A stretch of DNA of 64,000 nt from Candidatus Latescibacterota bacterium (GTDB taxonomy: Bacteria; Latescibacterota; UBA2968). Made by a program: the position numbers and the translations under genes. The DNA lies in assembly GCA_965116885.1 (NCBI GenBank), contig OZ220741.1, forward strand, positions 3,360,001-3,424,000, read 5' to 3'. Position 1 is the first letter of the stretch. Each line of letters begins with the position of its first letter. Under the pieces are notes generated by a model. The model was not told the DNA's origin, did no database searches, and was given only the letters and a program-made list of their open reading frames with translations. Below are positions 10,458-20,578 of the stretch, piece by piece.

Positions 10458-10478
10458 TCAAATATCTCGAACCCGCAC

Positions 10479-10727
10479 TCAGTTGTCGGCATATATGGGC
10501 CTATACAGAATGGAAGCCGGCAGCCTGAACGGGGGCGCGCCAACCCGTCTGATGAGATATGGTCCGCGGCCAAAACGCTCTATCGCAACCCCAGCCGCAT
10601 CCTCGAATGATTGATATGTTCCAATGAGTTTCTCATCGTGTACGACGACCCACTCACCGAAGTGATCGGTTTCTAACTCGTCGCGCATGCGCTCATAAGC
10701 GGCGATCTCTATACTCAGCTTGGCCAT
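10479..10727 (-). CDS. Small DUF5678-like protein
   Basis: 82 aa, AAGGAA RBS; HFGEWVVVHDEKLIGTY pattern. Confidence 0.65.
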   Translation of the reverse strand: MAKLSIEIAAYERMRDELETDHFGEWVVVHDEKLIGTYQSFEDAAGVAIERFGRGPYLIRRVGAPPFRLPASILYRPIYADN

Positions 10728-10964
10728 ATCAACATTCCTTTTTTTACTTAATATTTACTTGGTGGTTTTGCCATAAATATGGACAAACTACCGGCTTGTT
10801 GTCAAGTGCGTACCGGTCAGTATTGGGTGGTAAAAAATTTGGAATGAGCTGATATCGCACTTGTTTGTACACCGCTTGACACAATGACAATAATGATAAA
10901 AACCTTCTGGATTGCGGCTCAAAACCATGCCGCAATGACGACTTTCTGATACAGCACTTGTCTT

Positions 10965-10987
10965 GCTGATCGCTGATCGCTGACTGC
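10965..10987. repeat. Heptamer tandem repeat (GCTGATC)2-GCTGACT
   Basis: Seen directly just downstream of the SH3 gene stop. Confidence 0.55.
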
Positions 10988-10991
10988 CTAT

Positions 10992-11825
10992 TCACGACGC
11001 TTTTTCAATTGTCACGCGAATTGCGCTCAGGGGTTTGATAAAGCGGAATCTGACGGTTTTGCTGCGCGTGTCGAATCCGCCTGTGCCAACATCCTGGCTC
11101 GACAATTCCCGCAAAAAGTTTGCGACCCAGGTTGTGTCGCGTTGCCATTGTGGTACGGCATTTTGGATAAACAAGCGCACGAGGTCTGCATTGCGATTCA
11201 AGTCGGTATCGGATATATCGAGCACGGTTACCATAATTTCGGATCGCAACAAATCGGCTTCTGGACCCCAGAACTCCAGTACGACTTGTCCGCTGCCCGT
11301 TGCGCCGAAATGACGCGGCTGACCCTCAAGGGGATCGACTTCTTCCAGTATCAGATCATCGGGCATTCCCGCGATCATGCCATCAATGGATAGGGCGCCG
11401 GGAGATGGTTGTATTGTCTGGGTTACTGGCGTCTCTTGAGGTTCAGTTGCGGGCTGAGTTGGGCGTGCGGCAGGCCGTTTTTTTCGGGTGCTTGAAGAAC
11501 GGCGCGCGAGGTCTTTTTGCAAAGCTGCGCGTACGGCTGCGGCGTCTCCGACATAATTGCCGTGTACCCATCCCTCAGTTTTTCCATCTGTGCGTACACG
11601 TAACCAGGGATTGGCTCTTTCAAAAATCTCCAGTTCACGACCACGCTGCAAGCGCTCGACTACCTGCGATTTTGTCGTTGGCTTTTCGCGCAAATTCAGA
11701 ATTGCAACGGTGACATAGACTTTTTCTTTGGGTAATAGATAATCACAGCCACTTAAACTCGCCATGAGTACACAAAAAAGGCCGACAGAAAATCGGTCGG
11801 CCAAAAATCTCAACCGCACCATCAA
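10992..11825 (-). CDS. SH3-domain lipoprotein
   Basis: Lipobox LSGC; LNLREKP...WLRV...GWVHGNYV bacterial SH3 pattern. Confidence 0.8.
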   Translation of the reverse strand: MMVRLRFLADRFSVGLFCVLMASLSGCDYLLPKEKVYVTVAILNLREKPTTKSQVVERLQRGRELEIFERANPWLRVRTDGKTEGWVHGNYVGDAAAVRAALQKDLARRSSSTRKKRPAARPTQPATEPQETPVTQTIQPSPGALSIDGMIAGMPDDLILEEVDPLEGQPRHFGATGSGQVVLEFWGPEADLLRSEIMVTVLDISDTDLNRNADLVRLFIQNAVPQWQRDTTWVANFLRELSSQDVGTGGFDTRSKTVRFRFIKPLSAIRVTIEKAS

Positions 11826-11914
11826 TCATTCCTCCGCAAAAACCTCTGTGGATATTTTTTCGATGGGTTGAAAATATCGGAAATGCGATTGCGGTCAAGG
11901 ATTAAATTACATTT

Positions 11915-13342
11915 TCAATCCAGATATGTCATCCCTGGGGTTTGAGGCCATTTGCATTGTTCGGGTGCATTTGTCGCGCTTGCCCATTCCCGAATGACTT
12001 CCAGATCCCTTCTTTTTTCCAGCATTTTTTTCGCAACCCACTCCGGGTCCCATCCATCCAGTACTTTTGCTGTCAGTTCTTCTCGAATCGCCTGACATTC
12101 GCTGTCGTTTGCTCGATTGTGTATTTCTTCAGGATCTTCGGATAGATTGAATAATTGTGGATCGTAGCCGTGGTAGTAAATCAGTTTCCAGTCGCCCTGC
12201 CGAATCATGCGCTGGTAGTGGCCTTCATAGATACAGTACTCTGAAAAGGCAATATCTTCCCATGTATCTACTTCACCGCGCAGCAATGGCAACAGGCTGC
12301 GTCCGCGGGAATAGGGTAATTCGGGTGCGTCCAATGCGTCGAGCATGGTCGCATTTAAGTCCAGTGCGCTGATGACGCGGTTGTTGACCTGTCCTTTAGG
12401 TAGCACATTGGGCCATGAAATAATTGCCGGTACTCGAACGGACTCTTCGTAAAATGTTCGCTTCATCCACAATGCTTTTTCGCCCACATGTTCGCCGTGG
12501 TCTGATGAATATACGATCATTGTGTTCTGTGCAAATTCATTCTTTTCTAATGCCTCCAAAAGTTGTCCGATCATGCGATCCATCGCCGTGACCAGTGCCC
12601 AGTAAGCCGCGCGGGCGCGCGTGGTGTCGGCATCTTCGATTTCCAGGAAATGGTTCCGGTCTCGCCACCATTGAAAAAAGGGATGCGACTCATCGCCCAT
12701 TGGTTTGGGATGTTTTGGAGGCGTAATCACGTCGATGTACTGATCGTAGTCTGCTTTTCGCGCGATATAAGGCGAGTGTGGTAGCATATATCCCACGTGC
12801 AAACAAAAGGGGGTATCCGTTTGTCCGCTGCGTTTTTTTATGCCCTCTCGATTGATAAAATCAACTGCTGACGCTGTCACATCTTCATCGTGTACTTCGT
12901 AACTGCTCTGGCCTGCACCGGATTTTTGAACCGATTGGATTAAGTTGCTGGGGGCATCGCCTGTGCCCGGGTAATTCGAAGAATGATCTCCTATGGGACG
13001 ATCTATATACCCGTGCAACTGGTCTGTGCCCAGGGCGTGCATGCGGCCTATGAGCACGGGGTGGTAGCCAGCCGCGCCCATTGCATGCGCGAGGGTTGGC
13101 CGTCCCGAATCCAGGATGTGATGGTTTGTCCATACTTCATTCTCATAAGGATACCGTCCCGTTAACATCGACATCCGCGATGGCGTGCATACAGGCGATG
13201 GGCAATAGGCATTGTTAAATCTCACCCCCTGTGCAGCGATTGCATCCAGATGGGGCGTTTGTACGAGTGGATCGTCGTAACAACCGAGCACTTTTGGGCT
13301 GTGCTGGTCTGAGTGGATGTAGAGCAAGTTTGGTCGGTTCAT
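11915..13342 (-). CDS. Sulfatase (choline-sulfatase-like, Cys-type)
   Basis: PNLLYIHSDQH, CTPSRMSMLTG, SSDHGE. Confidence 0.92.
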   Translation of the reverse strand: MNRPNLLYIHSDQHSPKVLGCYDDPLVQTPHLDAIAAQGVRFNNAYCPSPVCTPSRMSMLTGRYPYENEVWTNHHILDSGRPTLAHAMGAAGYHPVLIGRMHALGTDQLHGYIDRPIGDHSSNYPGTGDAPSNLIQSVQKSGAGQSSYEVHDEDVTASAVDFINREGIKKRSGQTDTPFCLHVGYMLPHSPYIARKADYDQYIDVITPPKHPKPMGDESHPFFQWWRDRNHFLEIEDADTTRARAAYWALVTAMDRMIGQLLEALEKNEFAQNTMIVYSSDHGEHVGEKALWMKRTFYEESVRVPAIISWPNVLPKGQVNNRVISALDLNATMLDALDAPELPYSRGRSLLPLLRGEVDTWEDIAFSEYCIYEGHYQRMIRQGDWKLIYYHGYDPQLFNLSEDPEEIHNRANDSECQAIREELTAKVLDGWDPEWVAKKMLEKRRDLEVIREWASATNAPEQCKWPQTPGMTYLD

Positions 13343-13371
13343 GTTTGAGTCCTTTTCACCGGTACACAGAA

Positions 13372-13398
13372 GGCAGGCAGCGGTTGCCCGTGCCTGCC
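13372..13398. repeat. Intergenic GC-rich hairpin (REP-like)
   Basis: GGCAGGCA-N11-TGCCTGCC, no clear U-tract, between co-oriented genes. Confidence 0.5.
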
Positions 13399-13426
13399 AT
13401 TATTTTGTCAATCGTGAGTGAGAATG

Positions 13427-14398
13427 CTATTTTTCACTCGCAGCTACTGTATTTACCAATCGGCCGATGCCCGAGATCTCGATTTCTACCTTGTCACCTG
13501 GTTGCATGTAGGTGCCCGTTGTATTGCCCACGCCCGAAATTGTACCTGTGCTGATCAGGTCGCCAGGCTCGAGTGTGATAATCGCCGAAATGTATTCGAT
13601 AATTTTATCTACGGGATACAACATTTGCCCCGTGTTGTTGTGTTGTTTTCGGTCGCCATTCACATACGTGCTGATGTCGAGGGTGTGTGGATCTGTGATT
13701 TCATCTGAAGTTACAATCCACGGTCCTTGCGGTGCAAAGGTGTCCAGCCATTTGCCGTTCAACCAGTCGAACCATTCATCTCTTGGGCGGCTGTCTGTGC
13801 GTTTTTTGATTTCCAACGTGCGCTCGGAGACATCGTTCATGACCGTATAACCCGCGACATAATCCAGCGCGTCTTCTGCCTGTACGCCCTTTGCCTCTCG
13901 GCCCATTACGACGGCCAATTCGCCTTCCCAATCTACACTTCTTGCGATGGGGGGTATCAAAATTTGATCGCCTGGTCCGATTACAGTCGATGTTGGGGGC
14001 TTCATAAATACGCGCGGTGTTTCCTTGTCCTGAATTTGCATCTTGGCCGTGCCGCCTTCTTCAATGTGATCTTGATAATTACCCGCCAGGCAGAATAATT
14101 TGTGCGGATTGGGCATTGGTGCGCTCAATTTGACCTCGCTGACGGCAAAGCTGGTCTCACCATCTGGTTTACCATTCAAACGCTTTTCGGCATCAGCCGC
14201 CGCCTGTTGTGCCGCAGACTGCCCCTCGGCCCCGGCTTCGAGAAGGGTCAGCATATCCGTGAAAAAGGGATGTGTTTCGCGTTTTTCCGATTGGGCTAAT
14301 GCGCTGTCCGCTGCTGCGAGATCGACAACAATCGCGTCATCGGCGACGACTGCGCCAATGGATTCACTACCGCCGACTGAATAAGTCGCGAGTTTCAT
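13427..14398 (-). CDS. Fumarylacetoacetate hydrolase family protein
   Basis: GNYQDH, VFMKP, DWEGELAVV, NDVSER, GKWLDTFAPQGP, PGDLISTGT. Confidence 0.92.
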   Translation of the reverse strand: MKLATYSVGGSESIGAVVADDAIVVDLAAADSALAQSEKRETHPFFTDMLTLLEAGAEGQSAAQQAAADAEKRLNGKPDGETSFAVSEVKLSAPMPNPHKLFCLAGNYQDHIEEGGTAKMQIQDKETPRVFMKPPTSTVIGPGDQILIPPIARSVDWEGELAVVMGREAKGVQAEDALDYVAGYTVMNDVSERTLEIKKRTDSRPRDEWFDWLNGKWLDTFAPQGPWIVTSDEITDPHTLDISTYVNGDRKQHNNTGQMLYPVDKIIEYISAIITLEPGDLISTGTISGVGNTTGTYMQPGDKVEIEISGIGRLVNTVAASEK

Positions 14399-14419
14399 GT
14401 TTTCTCCTTGTGCGAATGC

Positions 14420-15283
14420 CTAATGACTGGTAAATGACAATGGAAATGTCGGTTCTTGTGCCTGATTTTGCGTAGGGGTTTCAATCTTTTGGTGATAATA
14501 TTCTTCAACGAATTGCGCCAGATTTTTGCTCGCTTCTTCAAACACGATTTTGCCCTTTTCTGCGGTTGCCTTTTCCGCCTCGCCCATCACGCCCGAATCT
14601 GTATATTGACTCGTCCATTCAATTATTCCCACAGGTCCTCTGCTGAACAGATCGGTCCAGACGAATTTGGATCCCCGTTTATTCGTCCTGGCGATTTCGC
14701 TCTTGATTTTATCCTTGCGCACGCTTTCTGGAGACAAATGGAGCAGCATGGATGTTTCCAATTCGCCCGCGTGCGAACATCCGCCGGGAAATACGCTTTC
14801 GCGCCATTCTTTGTCAAAGTCCGGATCGACTTTGAGCAATTGCCACCACGAACAGAAAGCACAACTCGCGTCTGTTTCTACGATTGTGCGCCGGGCGACC
14901 ATTTCGACCAGGTTGTGGTTGGAACCGTGTCCGTTGACGAGGATCATTTTTTTAAAGCCGTGATAGGCAAGGCTTTTGCAGATGTCCAGCAGGTACTGAA
15001 TAAAGTGTTCGTAGTGTATATTCAGCGAGCCGGGAAAATCCATGACGTGATGTACATAGCCATAACTTACAGGCGGCAGCACCAGGCTGTATTCCGGTTT
15101 TAAGCGCGCGCCTTCTGTTGCTACGGCATTGGCACACAGATGATCGACTTTCAAGGGCAAGTGATGCCCGTGTTGTTCGACTGCGCCGGTTGGAATAATC
15201 GGAATTTTTCCCATTTCCACCGCTTCGTTCACTTCGGGCCAGGTCAGTTCGTCAAATTTGTAGATATCTTTTACAGAGGCCAT
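14420..15283 (-). CDS. Creatininase/creatinine amidohydrolase family protein
   Basis: GAVEQHGHHLPL..D, NGHGSN, HAGELETS. Confidence 0.92.
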   Translation of the reverse strand: MASVKDIYKFDELTWPEVNEAVEMGKIPIIPTGAVEQHGHHLPLKVDHLCANAVATEGARLKPEYSLVLPPVSYGYVHHVMDFPGSLNIHYEHFIQYLLDICKSLAYHGFKKMILVNGHGSNHNLVEMVARRTIVETDASCAFCSWWQLLKVDPDFDKEWRESVFPGGCSHAGELETSMLLHLSPESVRKDKIKSEIARTNKRGSKFVWTDLFSRGPVGIIEWTSQYTDSGVMGEAEKATAEKGKIVFEEASKNLAQFVEEYYHQKIETPTQNQAQEPTFPLSFTSH

Positions 15284-15323
15284 TTTTTTCCTTTCTAAGT
15301 GGTCACATGAGACATCGCCGCCC

Positions 15324-16436
15324 CTACATTACCCTGAACTTCGTCACCACATCTTCGTCCAGACCCACGCCCAGTCCGGGTTGGTCTGTCAGATGTAACA
15401 CACCATTTCGAAATGTCATCTCGTGTTGTGCCAGTTTTTGTGCCAGGGGAGATGGCGCTCGCGTGTATTCTGTCAGCGGTTGTTCGCTTGCTGCGGCCCA
15501 TTGGGCAGATGCCGCCAACAAGACCCCGGTGCCAAATGCGTGCGGCACGGCACGCGCTCCCGTCTCTTTTGCCAATTTTTCAATTGCCAGGCCGCCGGTA
15601 ATTCCGCCTACGCGTCCCAGATCGGGTTGTACAAAGTGGAGTTTGCCATTGTGCAACAAGTCGGCGTATTCGCTTACCAGAGTCATTGCTTCGCCTCCTG
15701 AAATTGGGATGGATGACTGCGTTGAGAGTTCGCCATATCCCTGCACGTCAAATGGATGCAATGGCTCCTCGAGCCAGAATACATTGTATTTTTCAAATCG
15801 CGCCACGCGCTCCAACGCGGTTTCTGCATCCCACGCGCGACCGGCATCTACCATCAAATTTACATCTGGTCCCAAAGCCTCTCGTGCCGCTGCGACCAAT
15901 GCTTCGTCTAAATCTGCATCTGGTCCCATTGGTGCCCAGCCGTATTTTACAGACTGGTAGCCTTGTGATAGAAATGCCTTTGCTGATTCTTGTACTAATT
16001 CCGGATGATCGGGCCATAGGACGCTCGCATAAGCGGGCACTGCATCTGCCGCATCTTTTCGCAATAGCTTGCGCACGGGTTTGCCTTCGGCTTTGCCCCG
16101 AATATCCCACAGTGCCATGTCAATGCCACTCATAGCCTGTCGCGCCACGCCGCCTGGACCATACCAGGATACGCCTTCGATCATGGCGTTGTGGATTGCG
16201 TCAAAGTCCAGCACGTCCATGCCGGTTATAATCGCTGATAGGCCATGGCGAAATGGCGCAGAGCGCGGTGCTTCAATTACGGCTTTGGCTACATAGGAAC
16301 ACGATACGACTTCACCCAATCCCGTTATGCCTGCATCGGTATGTACCCGCACGATCAGGCAGTCCTGAGTCCCATCGGCCGCCTCTACAACTTCTGGCAA
16401 CCGTAAATGAATGGCTTCAATATGGGTAATTTTCAT
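15324..16436 (-). CDS. Mandelate racemase/muconate lactonizing family enzyme
   Basis: SGIDMALWDIRGK, LMVDAG, WLEEP, SGGE, QPDLGRVGG. Confidence 0.9.
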   Translation of the reverse strand: MKITHIEAIHLRLPEVVEAADGTQDCLIVRVHTDAGITGLGEVVSCSYVAKAVIEAPRSAPFRHGLSAIITGMDVLDFDAIHNAMIEGVSWYGPGGVARQAMSGIDMALWDIRGKAEGKPVRKLLRKDAADAVPAYASVLWPDHPELVQESAKAFLSQGYQSVKYGWAPMGPDADLDEALVAAAREALGPDVNLMVDAGRAWDAETALERVARFEKYNVFWLEEPLHPFDVQGYGELSTQSSIPISGGEAMTLVSEYADLLHNGKLHFVQPDLGRVGGITGGLAIEKLAKETGARAVPHAFGTGVLLAASAQWAAASEQPLTEYTRAPSPLAQKLAQHEMTFRNGVLHLTDQPGLGVGLDEDVVTKFRVM

Positions 16437-16439
16437 TTG

Positions 16440-17237
16440 TTAGCTTTTTTGCAATACCCGCCACCGGTCGTACAATGGGCGCATTTCTTTTGGCAAAAAT
16501 CCGCGCACATTGTCCGCGAGCATCCACTTCAGACGCGGGTCTGTCTCGCCGGGTTTGCCACCCCTTGAGTACATACCCCAGTTTCCGGATAGCGTCAACC
16601 GCTCCACATCCTTTTTCATTACGCCGCGGTGAATCAAATTGCCAGTCCAGAACACGGTTTGCCCGGCTTTGAGGGGCACGGTATATTGTCCCGGGATATC
16701 GTCGTGACGGTCTTCTAACAAGCACCTGCGCTCGTGGGCGGTGCGGTACCTTTTGTGACTGCCGGGCACAATTTGCAGACAGTAATCATCTACCAGTGCG
16801 AGATGCCACCCCAAACCCCTTTGGGGACGATTCAAGATTTCCATTTCCACCTGATACGATCCGTCGCGTTCTTTACTCCCAAAATCCCGGTGCCAACCAA
16901 AACCGTAATCCGCTTGATATGGATTTGTGAAGATGAGGGCGCCTCCCAATTGCAACTGCGTGCCCAAAAAAGCGCGCGCGTATTTCATTATGGGTTCTGA
17001 TATCAGATATTCGGCAAAGATCGGCTCGTTCATTTCGGGGGCAAACAACCCGCGAATCGCCCAGGGTTCTCCGTCCTCCGAGCGGTGTGTGTACAAATCC
17101 ACTTCGCCTGAACGCACCTTTTTTTTAGCGCGAATCGCAGCCTCCAACAGAGGTTTTAGCATATTGGGATCAACGGCGTCATCGACGATACAAAACCCCA
17201 GCTTCCTGTACTGTCGTTTCTCGGTGTCGTAAAACAT
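16440..17237 (-). CDS. Phytanoyl-CoA dioxygenase (PhyH) family protein
   Basis: WHRD, LQIVPGSHK, LIHRG. Confidence 0.85.
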   Translation of the reverse strand: MFYDTEKRQYRKLGFCIVDDAVDPNMLKPLLEAAIRAKKKVRSGEVDLYTHRSEDGEPWAIRGLFAPEMNEPIFAEYLISEPIMKYARAFLGTQLQLGGALIFTNPYQADYGFGWHRDFGSKERDGSYQVEMEILNRPQRGLGWHLALVDDYCLQIVPGSHKRYRTAHERRCLLEDRHDDIPGQYTVPLKAGQTVFWTGNLIHRGVMKKDVERLTLSGNWGMYSRGGKPGETDPRLKWMLADNVRGFLPKEMRPLYDRWRVLQKS

Positions 17238-17401
17238 AAGTGTCTCCTTTCATGTGCGGCGCAATATAGGTGTGTCGCGCGGCAAATACAAAAAAAAAGC
17301 GCAGGGGTATTGCGCGAGACGAAGCAGAAAACAGTGGCAGGACAGTGTCATTGTGATATTTTAAGAGAGGATACAAAGTATTGTGTGGATAAGCGATTGA
17401 A

Positions 17402-19600
17402 ATGGAGGAAGACATGATTGGACCGCGGTTGAGTGATGAAGCGTTTTTTGAAGCGCTTGATTTGTCGCGTGAGGATATGAGAGCTGTGAAAAGGGCGGTA
17501 GAGACGCGAGATTGGACAGGGGCGCGGCGTGCGTTTGCAGAACACGTTCGCACGCGGGAATATCCGAGATGGTTTTCGGATTGGCGAAATCGGTCAGAGC
17601 CACAGGATCGGGATGCAGAGGTCGAATTGGTGCGCGTGGGAGATCGCGCGATCAGAGATGTTGATCTCGAAAAGGCCGACCGCATTGTGGCAAATACGCT
17701 GATGAGCTGCGATGTGGAAGAGGCGTTTGGAGATGTGATCAATTGGGAATTGGATCCGATCAATTACAGGGAATGGACGTGGCAGTTGTCGCGCCATCCC
17801 TTTTGGGTCACGCTGGGGCAGGCGTATTGGAAAACGGGCGATGAAAAATATGCCAGAGCATTCAAGAGGCAGATGCGGCACTGGATTGAACATGTGCTGA
17901 TGCCAGTGGGTGAAGATGGCAATACCTGGAAAGACGATGCAGAGATGGGTACGGATCGCACGAATTGCTGGCGCACGATTGAATGTGGGATCCGGATGGG
18001 GCAGACGTGGCCCGCAGCGTTTTACTATTTTCTTTCGTCTGAAACATTTGGAGATGACGATGTGTGTTTGATGGTGAAGAGTATGGTCGAACACGCGCGA
18101 CATCTCACGCTATGGCCGCGCGGTGGCAACTGGCAGACGATGCAGGCCAATGGGCAATATCACGTTGGGGCATTGTTTCCCGAGTTCAAAGAAGCCGCAA
18201 GCTGGCGCGAGATTGCCATGCAGTCGCTGTATGAGGAATTGGATGAGCAGGTTTATCCCGATGGCGCGCAGATTGAGTTGTCGAGTGGATATCATCAGGT
18301 GAGTTTGCGAAATTTTGTGATGGCGCTCGCGATTGCGCGGTTGAACAATTTGTCCCTGCCGGCGGATTATGTCGCAAAACTGGAGCGGATGTATCACTAC
18401 GATCTGTATTTGGCTATGCCCAATTTGCGTTTGCCCGCGCTCAATGACGGCGGCCAGACGGATATCGTGCCCTACATGCAGGGTGGGTTCAGGTTTTTCG
18501 CAGAACGGACGGATTTTCAATGGGCGGGTTTTGAGCGTGCGGAAGGAACAAAGCCACAAACTCTGTCGTGCGCTTTTCCTTATGCGGGACATTTTGTCAT
18601 GCGTTCGGGCTGGGAACCGGACGATCTCTATCTCTTTTTTGATGGCGGCCCGTTTGGCTATGGACATCAGCACGAAGATAAGCTGAATATTATGCTGTAC
18701 GCACACGGTCGCGTGCATGTGGTGGATCCGGGAAATTATCCTTATGATTCGTCGCAGTGGCGCACTTATGTGCTGTCAACCCGCGCGCACAATACGGTGA
18801 TGGTGGATGGGATGGAGCAGAATCAGCGCGGGAAATCGCGGGAGGAATACGTGGTGTCCGAGCCGCTGCCGCATACGTGGATTTCAAATGAGAGATGCGA
18901 TTATGCGTCGGCGAGTTACGATTTGGGATATGGGCCTGAGAGGGATCAGACGGTTACACATACGCGGTCGATTTTGTTTGTAAAGCCCGAGTTCTGGATT
19001 GTGACGGATATTCTCAGGCCCTCGGATGAGGCGTCTCACACGTATGAAGCGATGTTTCATCTGGATGCTGATGATGCCGAGGTGCTGGCGAATGGGCGCA
19101 GTGTTATGACAAAGAACAGTGGGGGAGAGAGCAATCTGGGCATTTATGCCATTTCGACAAAGCCGATAGATGTGCGGATTATAAGCGGACAGGAAGAGCC
19201 GACTGTGCAGGGATGGATTCCCCGAGGGGGACCCTATCAGTGCGAACCCATTCCAACGGCAATTTTTAAAACGGAAGGCGATGGTCCCACGCTGATGTCT
19301 TATGTGTTATATCCCGTGAAAGCGGGTGAAGTGTCTCCTGTGGCACATGTGGAATATATTCCCGCGGTGGGGGACAATGGGGCTGCGATTGCCGGACGGA
19401 TTGCGTTGCGCGATGGCAGGGAGATTTATTTTGTTCAATCAGAAGCAGGGGAGGGTTGGATACGCGTTTCTGATGGGGAGACCGATGTCGAAGCGGGCGC
19501 GATGGAGTTGGTTGATGGATTTGTGAATAAAATAGCTCTCGCAAATGGACAAACGGTGCAGGTATATGGGCAGGAGATTCGGGAGGGTCAGTTGGTGTAA
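17402..19600 (+). CDS. Heparinase II/III-family polysaccharide lyase
   Basis: WQLSRH, GGNW, PDGAQIELSSGYH, MRSGW, GHQHEDKL, VDPG, AHNTVMVDG. Confidence 0.88.
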   Translation: MEEDMIGPRLSDEAFFEALDLSREDMRAVKRAVETRDWTGARRAFAEHVRTREYPRWFSDWRNRSEPQDRDAEVELVRVGDRAIRDVDLEKADRIVANTLMSCDVEEAFGDVINWELDPINYREWTWQLSRHPFWVTLGQAYWKTGDEKYARAFKRQMRHWIEHVLMPVGEDGNTWKDDAEMGTDRTNCWRTIECGIRMGQTWPAAFYYFLSSETFGDDDVCLMVKSMVEHARHLTLWPRGGNWQTMQANGQYHVGALFPEFKEAASWREIAMQSLYEELDEQVYPDGAQIELSSGYHQVSLRNFVMALAIARLNNLSLPADYVAKLERMYHYDLYLAMPNLRLPALNDGGQTDIVPYMQGGFRFFAERTDFQWAGFERAEGTKPQTLSCAFPYAGHFVMRSGWEPDDLYLFFDGGPFGYGHQHEDKLNIMLYAHGRVHVVDPGNYPYDSSQWRTYVLSTRAHNTVMVDGMEQNQRGKSREEYVVSEPLPHTWISNERCDYASASYDLGYGPERDQTVTHTRSILFVKPEFWIVTDILRPSDEASHTYEAMFHLDADDAEVLANGRSVMTKNSGGESNLGIYAISTKPIDVRIISGQEEPTVQGWIPRGGPYQCEPIPTAIFKTEGDGPTLMSYVLYPVKAGEVSPVAHVEYIPAVGDNGAAIAGRIALRDGREIYFVQSEAGEGWIRVSDGETDVEAGAMELVDGFVNKIALANGQTVQVYGQEIREGQLV

Positions 19601-19602
19601 GT

Positions 19603-20439
19603 TTATAGCTGTTTGATGTCGATGCCTCCGTTGAGGGTTTGGAGTTTTATATTCGGACCATTTCCGCCATTGAGGTTGCCCTTGAGGGACTTGTTAATGC
19701 GCCCACCAACGCGCCCTTTGACTTCAATTGGAAATTCTGTATCGATATGGCCTATCGTGCTTTCGGCCTGAATACGACCTTGAAAGTCTGAGGGAAGGGA
19801 TATTTGCAACCCTCCGTTTACGGCTTCTGCACGAATGTTGTCATGTATTTGCTCGGCAATTGCGATTTCAATGCTGCCATTCACGGTTTCGGCTTTTATA
19901 CCACCGATAATCTCAGTGAGATTGATTTTGCCGTTCACGGTTTCAACATCGATTGCGCCGCGTGTGCCATTGATTTTGATACTGCCATTCACGGTTTCGC
20001 TTTTTACATTGCCCGTGGTTGGGGGAATAGAGATACTTCCGTTGACTGTCTCGAGGTCCAGGCGCACGTTTTGGGGGACTGTGATTGTATAGTTTACGCT
20101 TATATTCCAGTCCTTAAACAGGTTCCACTTATTGTCGGGGCGTTTGGTGCGAATCTCGATACCGCTGTCTGTTTCTTCGATTTCGATGGTGGTGGTTTCG
20201 AGCAGTTCTTCAGCGCCTTCTTCATCGCTCGCTTTTGCTTTTTTTTCGGCGCGGACAAAGACCTGATCGCGCTCCCAGGTTTTAAGCGTGATTCCGCCAT
20301 TGCGGGCGTGTACAGAGAGCTTTTTGCCAGGGGCAAAATCGAGGGTATATTCGACGATTTCTTCGCGTTTTTCCGCGGCATTGGTCGGGAGCGTGAATAA
20401 CGTAGCAAGAAAACATATAAAAAGTAGGCGCGAGGTCAT
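19603..20439 (-). CDS. Secreted DUF4097 beta-strand repeat (adhesin-like) protein
   Basis: Signal peptide; repeated ETVNGSI units. Confidence 0.85.
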   Translation of the reverse strand: MTSRLLFICFLATLFTLPTNAAEKREEIVEYTLDFAPGKKLSVHARNGGITLKTWERDQVFVRAEKKAKASDEEGAEELLETTTIEIEETDSGIEIRTKRPDNKWNLFKDWNISVNYTITVPQNVRLDLETVNGSISIPPTTGNVKSETVNGSIKINGTRGAIDVETVNGKINLTEIIGGIKAETVNGSIEIAIAEQIHDNIRAEAVNGGLQISLPSDFQGRIQAESTIGHIDTEFPIEVKGRVGGRINKSLKGNLNGGNGPNIKLQTLNGGIDIKQL

Positions 20440-20578
20440 GGCAAGTTTCCTTCATAACTGTGGGTTGTGAAGCGCAACAGTAAGGTATGGGATTAGACTC
20501 GTTTTTATATTAAGGGTTTCGGATTTTTGAAAGTGAAGTGAAACAATTTTTATTGAATTTGTCCAGAGAAATGCATCA

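Noticed and set aside
14420..15283. Mycofactocin MftE assignment
   Set aside because: No mftA/B/C or radical SAM gene nearby; generic creatininase family is all that is supported
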